Shown here: positions 23,735 to 31,091 of the stretch, piece after piece
How positions within the stretch are numbered: position 1 is the first letter of the stretch
How the letters are laid out: each line of letters begins with the position of its first letter
Origin: Bacillota bacterium
GTDB taxonomy: Bacteria > Bacillota > Sulfobacillia > JAJZYS01 > JAJYTV01
Direction: 5' to 3'
NCBI GenBank assembly: GCA_021810725.1
Contig: JAJZIE010000001.1
Location: 1 to 48,880, forward strand
DNA length: 48,880 nucleotides
Made by a program: the position numbers and the translations under genes
The notes under the pieces: generated by a model
What the model saw: the letters and a program-made list of their open reading frames with translations, nothing else
Database searches by the model: none
What the model was told of the DNA's origin: nothing

Positions 23735-24097
23735 CTAATCCTGCGCCAAGGCGTCGGCCGGCGCCTTGCCTTCAGGAGCATCCTCGCCCAGCGGCAGGGG
23801 AGGATCCAGAAAGCGCAGGCGGTCCGCGACGATCTCGATCACGCGGCGCTGTTCCCCGTCCGAGGTGTCGAGGGGGCGACTCGCGATGCGGCCTTCGATG
23901 CCGACCAGCCTGCCCTTGAGCAGGTACTTGGAGGTGGCCTCGGCCAGCCTGCGGAACATGACGACGGGCAGGAAATCCGTACTGTTGCCCGCGCGGCCGA
24001 TCGCCAGCGAGAACGCGGAGATCGCGAGGCCGTCCCGCGAGTAGCGGAGAACCGAGTCCGTGGCGAGCCGACCGACCAGGACAACGCGGTTGATCAT
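23735..24097 (-). CDS. ssb: Single-stranded DNA-binding protein, short form (120 aa) without the canonical acidic D-D-D-I-P-F tip
   Basis: MINRVVLVGRLATDSVLRYSRDGLAISAFSLAIGR...VVMFRRLAE...YLLKGRLVGIEGRI OB-fold signature. ATG lies 7 nt after AAAGGAGAG. Confidence 0.85.
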   Translation of the reverse strand: MINRVVLVGRLATDSVLRYSRDGLAISAFSLAIGRAGNSTDFLPVVMFRRLAEATSKYLLKGRLVGIEGRIASRPLDTSDGEQRRVIEIVADRLRFLDPPLPLGEDAPEGKAPADALAQD

Positions 24098-24127
24098 GGG
24101 ACATCTCTCCTTTCTTGGCGCGGAAGT

Positions 24128-24149
24128 CCCATTCGATCCTCGAAATGGG
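24128..24149. promoter_or_regulatory. Imperfect inverted repeat CCCATTCGA-TCC-TCGAAATGGG in the divergent ssb / O-methyltransferase intergenic region; candidate operator
   Basis: Read directly. Confidence 0.3.
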
Positions 24150-24222
24150 TTATCCTTCCAACGGATGTTCGCCTGTCGGTGGCGAATGCCGTGCATGGCC
24201 TCGACCGAAAGGGGGAGCTTCG

Positions 24223-24888
24223 GTGACGGAGGAGACGTGGATCGCGGTGGATCGCTTCTTCTGCGACCACCTGGTGCCAAGCGACGAGGTCCTCGACGCG
24301 GTGCTCGAGGAGTCGGCCGCGGCGGGACTGCCGGACATCCAGCTGGCGCCGAACCAGGCGGCGCTGCTGCAGATGCTGGCGCGACTCCAAGGCGCCAGCA
24401 GACTGCTCGAGATCGGTACGCTCGGGGGCTACAGCGGTATCTGGCTGGCGCGGGCGTTGCCCGAGGGCGGTCGTCTCGTGACCGTCGAGGCGAATCCCCA
24501 CCATGCGGAGGTCGCGAGACGCAACTTCGAGCGGGCGGACGTTCTCCACAAGGTGGACCTGCGCCTGGGACCGGCCGCGGACGTTCTGCCAGCCATCGCG
24601 CGGGAGGGCGGCGATCCGTTCGACCTCGTCTTCATCGATGCGGACAAGCGGAGCATACCGCTCTACTTCGATTGGGCCCTGCGCCTCACGCGGCCCGGCA
24701 GCCTGATCATCGTGGACAACGTCGTGCGGCGGGGCGAGGTGGCTGTCGCCTCGAGTGCGAACGAGGACGTTCAGGGCGTGCGGCGCTTCATCCAGAGCCT
24801 AAAGGGCGACGACCGGGTGCAGGCGACGGCCCTGCAGACCGTCGGGACGAAGGGATACGACGGTTTTGCGATCGTTCAGGTCCTCTAG
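24223..24888 (+). CDS. Class I SAM-dependent O-methyltransferase (family 3, caffeoyl-CoA OMT/YrrM-like)
   Basis: LLEIGTLGGYSGIWLA; VTVEANPHHAEVAR; DLVFIDADK; IIVDNV. GTG at 24223 lies 5 nt after AAAGGGGGAG. Confidence 0.85.
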   Translation: MTEETWIAVDRFFCDHLVPSDEVLDAVLEESAAAGLPDIQLAPNQAALLQMLARLQGASRLLEIGTLGGYSGIWLARALPEGGRLVTVEANPHHAEVARRNFERADVLHKVDLRLGPAADVLPAIAREGGDPFDLVFIDADKRSIPLYFDWALRLTRPGSLIIVDNVVRRGEVAVASSANEDVQGVRRFIQSLKGDDRVQATALQTVGTKGYDGFAIVQVL

Positions 24889-24910
24889 GGCCAGGCGGCG
24901 CGTTTCGGGG

Positions 24911-24937
24911 GGGCACCGTTCGACCGGTGCCCCTTTC
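24911..24937 (+). terminator. Rho-independent terminator of the O-methyltransferase gene
   Basis: ggggcaccg-N6-cggtgcccc followed by TTT. Confidence 0.55.
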
Positions 24938-24967
24938 GGTATGGGGGATTCGCCGCGGAGGTGTCGA

Positions 24968-24996
24968 TTGACAAACGCTCCCCTGGCGGCTAACCT
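24968..24996 (+). promoter_or_regulatory. Sigma-A promoter TTGACA-N17-TAACCT for the metG leader
   Basis: Consensus -35 box, 17-nt spacer. Confidence 0.55.
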
Positions 24997-25002
24997 CTTA
25001 GA

Positions 25003-25231
25003 ACAAGCGAAAGCGAAGATGGAGAGCGCCTGCGGGAAGCAGTCCACGAGCGAGCCGGGAGGGTGGAAGCCGGCGGACGGTGCGCAGGACGATGCCTCCG
25101 GAGTGCGCGCACAAAGGCCTATGGCCGAGGACGCGCCGGTGCCACCGTGATCGGCGAGAGTCCAGCCGTCTTCGGCTGGAGAATGAGGGTGGTACCGCGA
25201 CCCGTCGCCCCTTGAGGGTGGCGGCGTTTTT
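25003..25231 (+). promoter_or_regulatory. T-box leader (tRNA-Met-responsive transcription attenuator)
   Basis: T-box sequence AATGAGGGTGGTACCGCG at 25182-25199. Terminator hairpin cgtcgcccc...ggtggcggcg plus TTTTT at about 25203-25231. Stem-I-like GGAGAG / GGGTGGAAGCCGG elements. AUG at 25092-25094 sits between complementary arms CCTGCG/CGCAGG as the likely specifier. Confidence 0.8.
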
Positions 25232-25254
25232 CTATTTCAGGGGAGGTTGCCGAA

Positions 25255-27177
25255 ATGACCGAGCGGTTCACGATTACGACGCCGATCTACTACCCGAACG
25301 ACCGCCTGCACATCGGCCATGCCTACACGACGGTGGCGGCCGACGCGATCGCCCGCTTCCACCGCCTGCGCGGGGAGGACGTCTTCTTCGTCACCGGCAC
25401 CGACGAGCACGGCCAGAAGATCGAGGACCGTGCCGGCAAGGTGGGCAAGACGCCGATCGCCTACGTGGACGAGATCGTGTCCGACATCCGGGAACTCTGG
25501 CAGACCCTCGGCATCTCGAACGACGACTTCATCCGCACGACGGAACCCCGCCACGAGCGCGTGGTGCAGGAAGTGTTCCGCCGGCTCGAGGCCAAGGGCG
25601 ACCTCTACCTCTCGCAGTACGAAGGCTGGTACTGCACCCCGTGCGAGTCGTTCTGGGTGGAGGGCAAACTCGTCGACGGCAACTGCCCGACCTGCGGCGG
25701 ACCGGTCGCGCGCCTGAACGAGGAGAGCTACTTCTTCCGGCTCTCGCGCTACGCCGAGCCGCTGCTCCAGCACATCGAGAGCAACCCGGAGTTCATCCAG
25801 CCCGTCTCGCGCCGCAACGAGATGATCCAGTTCATCCGCCAGGGGCTCGAGGATCTCTCGGTGTCGCGCACCAGCTTCCGCTGGGGCATCCCCTTGCCCC
25901 AGGATCCCCGCCATATCGCCTACGTCTGGGTGGACGCCCTGACCAACTACATCACGGCCTGCGGCTATCTGCAGGATCCGGAGCGCTTCAGCCGCTACTG
26001 GCCGGCCGACGTGCATCTCGTGGGCAAGGAGATCGTGCGCTTCCACGCGGTGATCTGGCCGGCGCTCCTCCTGTCGCTCGACCTGCCCCTGCCGAAGGTG
26101 GTGTACGGACACGGCTGGCTGCTCCTTGGCGAGCAGAAGATGTCGAAGTCCAAGGGCAACGTCATCGACCCGCGTCAGCTGGTGCGGCGCTACGGCCGCG
26201 ACGCCGTGCGCTACTACCTTCTGCGGGAAGTCCCGTTCGGCGCGGACGGCAACTACACGGAGGACGCCCTGATCCTGCGGACCAACGTCGATCTCGCGAA
26301 CGACCTCGGCAACCTCCTGTCGCGCACCACGGCGATGATCGAGCGCTTCACGGGCGGCGTCATTCCGAGCCCCGCCTCGAGCAGCCTGCGGGGTCAGGCG
26401 GAGGAGACCGTGCGGCGCGTCGAGGAGCGCCTCGCGCGGCTGCAGGTGTCGGACGCCGTCGCGGCCGTCTTCGAGCTTGTCAAGCGCGCCAACAAGTTCA
26501 TCGAGGAGGAGGCGCCGTGGCAGCTGCACCGCAGCGGCGACCCGCGCCTCGCGGATGTCCTCTACGACCTCGCGGAGTCCCTGCGCATCACCGCCGTGCT
26601 CTTGAAGCCCTTCCTGCTCGAAGCGCCGAACGCCATCTACCGACAGCTCGGACTGGGCGATGCGGAAGGCGCCAGGCTGGCCGACGCGGCGTGGGGCGGC
26701 CTTGCCTCCGGCACCAAGGTGGAGCGAGGCGAGCCGATCTTCCCGCGCATCGAGACAGAGCGCGAGGCAGAGGAAACGCCGGCGGCGCCAGCCAGCGCCG
26801 CCCCGGCCAAGGCCAAGGCCGAGGCCACGGCGCCTACGCCCGTTGACGCGGGCACCATCACGATCGACGAGTTCCAGCGCCTCGACCTGCGCGTCGGCAC
26901 GATCCTCGAGGCGAGCCGCGTCAAGGGCGCCGACCGCCTCCTGGAGCTCAAGGTGGACCTTGGCGAGGGCGAGCCCCGCACCGTCGTCTCAGGCATCGCC
27001 GAGTACTACGAGCCGCAGGCGCTGGCCGGCACGCAGATCGTCCTCGTCGCGAACCTGCAGCCCGCCAAGATTCGCGGTGTCGTCTCGCACGGCATGATCC
27101 TCGCAGGCAAGACGGCGGACACGCTGCAGATCGTCTCGCCGCGCCAGCCGCTGCCTGCGGGGACGAAGATCAAGTGA
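25255..27177 (+). CDS. metG: Methionine--tRNA ligase with a C-terminal tRNA-binding (Trbp111/EMAP-like) domain
   Basis: HIGH motif (LHIGHAYT), KMSKS motif (KMSKSKGN), zinc knuckles CTPCE...CPTCGG. Confidence 0.95.
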   Translation: MTERFTITTPIYYPNDRLHIGHAYTTVAADAIARFHRLRGEDVFFVTGTDEHGQKIEDRAGKVGKTPIAYVDEIVSDIRELWQTLGISNDDFIRTTEPRHERVVQEVFRRLEAKGDLYLSQYEGWYCTPCESFWVEGKLVDGNCPTCGGPVARLNEESYFFRLSRYAEPLLQHIESNPEFIQPVSRRNEMIQFIRQGLEDLSVSRTSFRWGIPLPQDPRHIAYVWVDALTNYITACGYLQDPERFSRYWPADVHLVGKEIVRFHAVIWPALLLSLDLPLPKVVYGHGWLLLGEQKMSKSKGNVIDPRQLVRRYGRDAVRYYLLREVPFGADGNYTEDALILRTNVDLANDLGNLLSRTTAMIERFTGGVIPSPASSSLRGQAEETVRRVEERLARLQVSDAVAAVFELVKRANKFIEEEAPWQLHRSGDPRLADVLYDLAESLRITAVLLKPFLLEAPNAIYRQLGLGDAEGARLADAAWGGLASGTKVERGEPIFPRIETEREAEETPAAPASAAPAKAKAEATAPTPVDAGTITIDEFQRLDLRVGTILEASRVKGADRLLELKVDLGEGEPRTVVSGIAEYYEPQALAGTQIVLVANLQPAKIRGVVSHGMILAGKTADTLQIVSPRQPLPAGTKIK

Positions 27178-27950
27178 TCGTAGACAGCCACGCGCACCTC
27201 AACCACGAGGACCTGCTCGGGGAGGCGGATGCTGTCCTCGAGCGGGCCCGTGCGGCGGGTGTGGGAGCGGTGGTCGTGGTCGGCTACGACGTGCCCTCCT
27301 CGCGGCAGGCCGTCGAGCTCGCCGAGCGCCTGCCCAACGTGGTGGCGGTCGTCGGGCTCCATCCGTACGAGGCCGGACGGGCCACGGACGACGACATCCG
27401 GGCCATTTTCGAGCTCGCCCGCTCGACACGCGTCGCGGCGATCGGTGAGATCGGCCTCGACTACCACGGCGACGAATTCGCGCCAAAGGCGCTCCAGCTC
27501 AGCCTGGCGCGCCGCCAGATGGCCATCGCGGACGAGCTCGGCCTGCCTGCGGTGCTGCACCTTCGGGAGTCAGGCCTCGACATATTGCCCCTGCTCGACG
27601 CATATCCCGGTGTCAGGGCCGTATGTCACTGCTTCGACGGCGGCGAGGCCCTGATGACGGAGGCGCTAGCCCGCGGCGCTTTCATCTCGTTCGCCGGCAA
27701 CCTGACCTTCAAGCGCAACGAGACGCTCAGGAGCCTCAGCGGCCGGGTGCCGCTCGGTCGCCTGCTCGTCGAGACCGACAGTCCCTACCTGGCGCCTCAG
27801 GGCCATCGCGGCCGCCGCAACGAGCCTGCCTTCATCGTGGAGACCGTCGCCACGCTGGCGGCGGCGCAAGGCGTCTCGGCCGAGGATCTTGCCCTCGCGA
27901 CCAGCCGCAATGCCCGGGAGATCTTCCGTCCTCTGCGCAGCGATTTCTAA
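27174..27950 (+). CDS. tatD: TatD-family metal-dependent hydrolase (YabD)
   Basis: VDSHAHL; EIGLDYH; HCFDG; ETDSPYL. GTG overlaps the metG stop. Confidence 0.9.
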   Translation: MIVDSHAHLNHEDLLGEADAVLERARAAGVGAVVVVGYDVPSSRQAVELAERLPNVVAVVGLHPYEAGRATDDDIRAIFELARSTRVAAIGEIGLDYHGDEFAPKALQLSLARRQMAIADELGLPAVLHLRESGLDILPLLDAYPGVRAVCHCFDGGEALMTEALARGAFISFAGNLTFKRNETLRSLSGRVPLGRLLVETDSPYLAPQGHRGRRNEPAFIVETVATLAAAQGVSAEDLALATSRNAREIFRPLRSDF

Positions 27951-27981
27951 GGGATCGGATCAATTCTCATCTTTTCCGTGT

Positions 27982-28010
27982 TTGAGGTCATAGGAAGCGG
28001 GTGATACAAT
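27982..28010 (+). promoter_or_regulatory. Candidate sigma-A promoter TTGAGG-N17-TACAAT with extended TG
   Basis: Read directly. It lies inside the 5' end of the track ORF 28001.., which supports the later TTG start. Confidence 0.45.
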
Positions 28011-28066
28011 ACGGCAGTCCTACAACTTCTGCCGAATGGAAGGTTGTAGGAAGAAGGAGGTCCGTC

Positions 28067-28882
28067 TTGCCACAGCTACGACAGGCAGGATGGCGCAGCA
28101 TCGCGCTGATATCGGGCGCCCTGCTCGTCCTGCTTGCGGGTTACGCCGCAAGGGCAACCGCCCTGCGCAGCAGCCCCCCCGTGCGGGCGGCTGCGAAGGC
28201 ACACAAGACGCTCACCAAAAAGCCGCTCCCTCTGCCCACATACGGCGCGACGCTGGACAGCGCCGATCCGGCCCCCGGTTACCAGAATGCTCTCTGGAGC
28301 GGCACCGTGCAGAATACGGCCACGATCGTGGCCGCGCGGCTGAGCGACGTATCGGTTCCTGTTTCGTACGGCGTGCGCAAGGTCTATGACCCCAACCTTG
28401 CGCTGGGCAGCGAAGTCGTGGCGGCCAAGGGCCAGCCCGGCGTGGCGGTGGAGACGGTCCGCCGCATCTACCAGGGCGCGCGGGTCGTGTCCGTGGCGAT
28501 CGTCGGCGAGACGGTCGTGAAGGCGGCCCGTCCCGAGCTCGTGCACATTGGCGCCAAGCTGCCCGAGGTTTCCCGCGGCAGCTTCACCGGGCGCGTGGCG
28601 GCAACCCTGAACATGGTCGCCACCGCGTACTGGGCGGATCCCAGCTGGTCGAACGGCAGAACGGCCACAGGCGTTCCCGCACGCTACGGCGTCGCGGCGG
28701 TGGATCCGAGCGTCATCCCGCTCGGCACGCGGCTCTTCATTCCCGGCTACGGCTACGCGGTGGCCGCGGATACCGGCGGGGCGATCGTCGGAGATCGCAT
28801 CGACCTCTGTTTCGATACGGGGCAGCAAGCCCTGGATTACGGTCGCCAAAGCGTCACCGTCTACGAACTCGCGACCAACTAG
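28067..28882 (+). CDS. YabE-like cell-wall protein (TM anchor, G5-like region, C-terminal 3D/RlpA-like domain)
   Basis: TTG lies 6 nt after AAGGAGG. The C-terminus ATAYWADPSWSNGRTATG...AVDPSVIPLGTRLFIPGYGYAVAADTGGAIVGDRIDL is the 3D-domain signature. Position after tatD matches Bacillus. Confidence 0.8.
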   Translation: MPQLRQAGWRSIALISGALLVLLAGYAARATALRSSPPVRAAAKAHKTLTKKPLPLPTYGATLDSADPAPGYQNALWSGTVQNTATIVAARLSDVSVPVSYGVRKVYDPNLALGSEVVAAKGQPGVAVETVRRIYQGARVVSVAIVGETVVKAARPELVHIGAKLPEVSRGSFTGRVAATLNMVATAYWADPSWSNGRTATGVPARYGVAAVDPSVIPLGTRLFIPGYGYAVAADTGGAIVGDRIDLCFDTGQQALDYGRQSVTVYELATN

Positions 28883-28892
28883 CATGAGGCCG

Positions 28893-28925
28893 GGCGGCGC
28901 TCCCCCAAGGGGGGGCGCCGCTTTT
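28893..28925 (+). terminator. Rho-independent terminator
   Basis: ggcggcgctccccc-aa-gggggggcgccgc followed by TTTT. Confidence 0.65.
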
Positions 28926-28947
28926 CGCGCCCCTGCGGGCCGCATGC

Positions 28948-28953
28948 TACAAT
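28948..28953 (+). promoter_or_regulatory. -10 box TGcTACAAT ending 7 nt before the rsmA ATG (possible leaderless transcript)
   Basis: Read directly; no SD between the box and the ATG at 28961. Confidence 0.3.
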
Positions 28954-28960
28954 ATCGGAA

Positions 28961-29824
28961 ATGGAGCCCAAACTGACCTCCCCCAGCGTGGTGCGGGAGC
29001 AGCTCGCAAGTCTCGGGATCCGGCCGCTGAAGCGACTCGGGCAGAACTTCCTCGTCGACTTCAATCTGCGCGAGCGCATCGTCGCCGGTCTGGAATTGTC
29101 CCCTGGGGAGCGGGTCGTGGAGATCGGGCCAGGCCTCGGCGCGATCACGCAGGGCCTCTTGGAGCGCGGGGGCGACGTCCACGCGATCGAGATCGACCAC
29201 GCGCTGGCGGCGCACCTCGTTGGCTTTTTCGGCCCAGGCCTGCATGTCCACGAGGGGGACGCGCTCGAGATGGACCTCCGGGAACTCCTCGGCAGGTCGG
29301 GGAAGCTCGTGGGCAACCTGCCCTACTACATCTCGACACCTTTGATCGCGGCCGTGCTCGAGGCGAAGCCCAGCGTCGCGGTCTTGATGGTGCAGAGCGA
29401 GGTGGCGGAGCGGCTGAAGGCCCCGCCCGGATCATCCGAGCGCGGAGCGCTTACGCTACTTCGGGAGTATGCGGCGGACGTCGAACCCTGGGCCAAGGCT
29501 GGCCCGTCGCAGTTCTACCCGCCGCCGCAGGTCTCGTCGCAGGTCGTCCGGCTGCGCGTGCGCCCGAGCCCAGTGGACCTGCCCTGGGCGGCGATCCGTC
29601 CGGTGGTGGCGGTGGCCTTCCGCTTCCGGCGCAAGACGCTCCAGCGGGCCCTGCGCGAGGGTCTGGGTCTCGGGCCCGGGGAAGCGGACGCGGCACTCCG
29701 GACGTCCGGCATCGACCCGCAGCGCAGAGGCGAGACGCTTTCGCTCGAGGAGTTCGGCCGGCTGGCCGCGCGCCTTGGCCAGCGCGAGGAGCTCCCTGGC
29801 GGCGCCGGCGACGCCCCGATCTGA
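28961..29824 (+). CDS. rsmA: 16S rRNA (adenine1518/1519-N6)-dimethyltransferase
   Basis: LGQNFL; VVEIGPGLGAIT; GNLPYYIS. Confidence 0.9.
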   Translation: MEPKLTSPSVVREQLASLGIRPLKRLGQNFLVDFNLRERIVAGLELSPGERVVEIGPGLGAITQGLLERGGDVHAIEIDHALAAHLVGFFGPGLHVHEGDALEMDLRELLGRSGKLVGNLPYYISTPLIAAVLEAKPSVAVLMVQSEVAERLKAPPGSSERGALTLLREYAADVEPWAKAGPSQFYPPPQVSSQVVRLRVRPSPVDLPWAAIRPVVAVAFRFRRKTLQRALREGLGLGPGEADAALRTSGIDPQRRGETLSLEEFGRLAARLGQREELPGGAGDAPI

Positions 29825-29829
29825 AGGCG

Positions 29830-30315
29830 GTGGAGGAGAGGTCCGTGCTCTATCACAGTCCGAGCCGCGGGGTGATGGACCTGGAGCAGGTGTTCCAGGA
29901 CATCGTCGCGTTCGTTCGCGAGGATCCGCAGGCGGAGCACAAGCTGATCATCGGCACCGACTCCCAGGCCAGGGACGAAGTGACGTTCGTCACGGCGATC
30001 GTCATCCACCGCCTGGGCAAGGGAGCGCGCTACTACTACCACCGCGAGGTGCACCGGCGGTTGCCGAGCCTGCGCCAGCGCATATTGCTCGAGACGTCCC
30101 TCAGCCTCGGCGTCGCGAGCCGCCTCACCGAGATGCTGTCGCGTCGCGGCCATCAGGGCTTCGACATCGAGATCCACCTCGACATAGGCCAGAACGGCGA
30201 CACCCGCGACCTCATCCGGGAGATCGTCGGCATGGTCTCCGGCAGCGGTTTCGACGCGAAGATCAAGCCGGATTCGTTTGGCGCGTCGACCGTCGCGGAC
30301 AAGTACACCAAGTGA
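29830..30315 (+). CDS. YkuK/DUF458-family RNase H-like protein
   Basis: LIIGTDSQ...VTFVTAIVIHRLGKGARYYY...IHLDIGQNGDT pattern. The true start may be the GTG at 29845, 8 nt after GGAGG. Confidence 0.65.
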   Translation: MEERSVLYHSPSRGVMDLEQVFQDIVAFVREDPQAEHKLIIGTDSQARDEVTFVTAIVIHRLGKGARYYYHREVHRRLPSLRQRILLETSLSLGVASRLTEMLSRRGHQGFDIEIHLDIGQNGDTRDLIREIVGMVSGSGFDAKIKPDSFGASTVADKYTK

Positions 30316-30437
30316 CCGGATCGCGGACGACGGGCCCGGCCGGCACCGCCGCATCGCGCACCATGCGGCTCGTGGACGCCTGCGGCGGCGCCTTTTGGAC
30401 CACCCGAGCCGCCCACGCTTAGGTGACACAATGACGC

Positions 30438-30505
30438 TTGACACCGTTTCGAAGGCTCTGATAAAATGCTTCGATCTTGACCCCATGCTTTCTTTCTGGT
30501 AGTAT
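30438..30505 (+). promoter_or_regulatory. Two tandem sigma-A promoters upstream of veg: TTGACA-N17/18-ATAAAAT and TTGACC-N17-TAGTAT (with TGn)
   Basis: Read directly. Confidence 0.5.
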
Positions 30506-30543
30506 GAGAGCGTACCGCTCCGTTCAGGAAGGAAGTGGGGCGT

Positions 30544-30816
30544 TTGGCGGCTAAGCGCGTCTTGTCCGATATCAAGCGTGACTTGGACGGCATGATCGGC
30601 GAAAGGATCCGCCTCAAGGCGAACCGCGGACGCCGTAAGGTGGACGAGCGGGAAGGCGTATTGGAGCGGACTTATCCGTACATCTTCGTGGTGAAGATCG
30701 ACGATGAGCCGTCCGGCGCCAGGCGCGTATCGTTCAGCTATGCCGATATTCTTACGGAGACCGTTGAGCTCGAAGTGGCGTCAGATGGCGTCTTTCATAG
30801 AGTCAACGTGAACTAG
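30544..30816 (+). CDS. veg: Veg protein (biofilm-formation stimulator)
   Basis: LSDIKRDLDGMIGERIRLKANRGRRKVDEREGVLERTYPYIFVV...VSFSYADILTETVEL is near-collinear with B. subtilis Veg. TTG at 30544 is preferred because AGGAAGGAAG lies upstream; the track start GTG at 30535 abuts the SD. Confidence 0.85.
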   Translation: MAAKRVLSDIKRDLDGMIGERIRLKANRGRRKVDEREGVLERTYPYIFVVKIDDEPSGARRVSFSYADILTETVELEVASDGVFHRVNVN

Positions 30817-30830
30817 AACTGAAATGAAGC

Positions 30831-30865
30831 CCGGAGGCGCCTTGCGGTGCCTCCGGTTCTTTTTG
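30831..30865 (+). terminator. Rho-independent terminator of veg
   Basis: ccggaggcgcc-ttgc-ggtgcctccgg followed by TTCTTTTT. Confidence 0.75.
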
Positions 30866-31091
30866 TGTGGCGGTGGGGAGAGGAAAAGGTTCGCCGCTCT
30901 CCGCGCGATGGGCGGCCCGGTGGATGGGTGCCGGCTCTGTCGCGCGCAAAGCGCGCTCAGTTCTGAGAAATCGGTCCTGGCTGCGGCATAGCCATGCTCA
31001 TGCGTTGGAGCCTTCCCCCACGAATCGGATCCCGGTTGCGGCCAATGCCAGCACGGTGCATGTTAAGCGGGAGGACAGAGGAGGCGACCAC

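Noticed and set aside
15677-24097. Interpretation as a classical integrative conjugative element or prophage
   Set aside because: The window contains no integrase, recombinase, relaxase, coupling protein, flanking tRNA or direct repeats. GC content is indistinguishable by eye from the flanks. This cannot be fully excluded without the rest of the genome.
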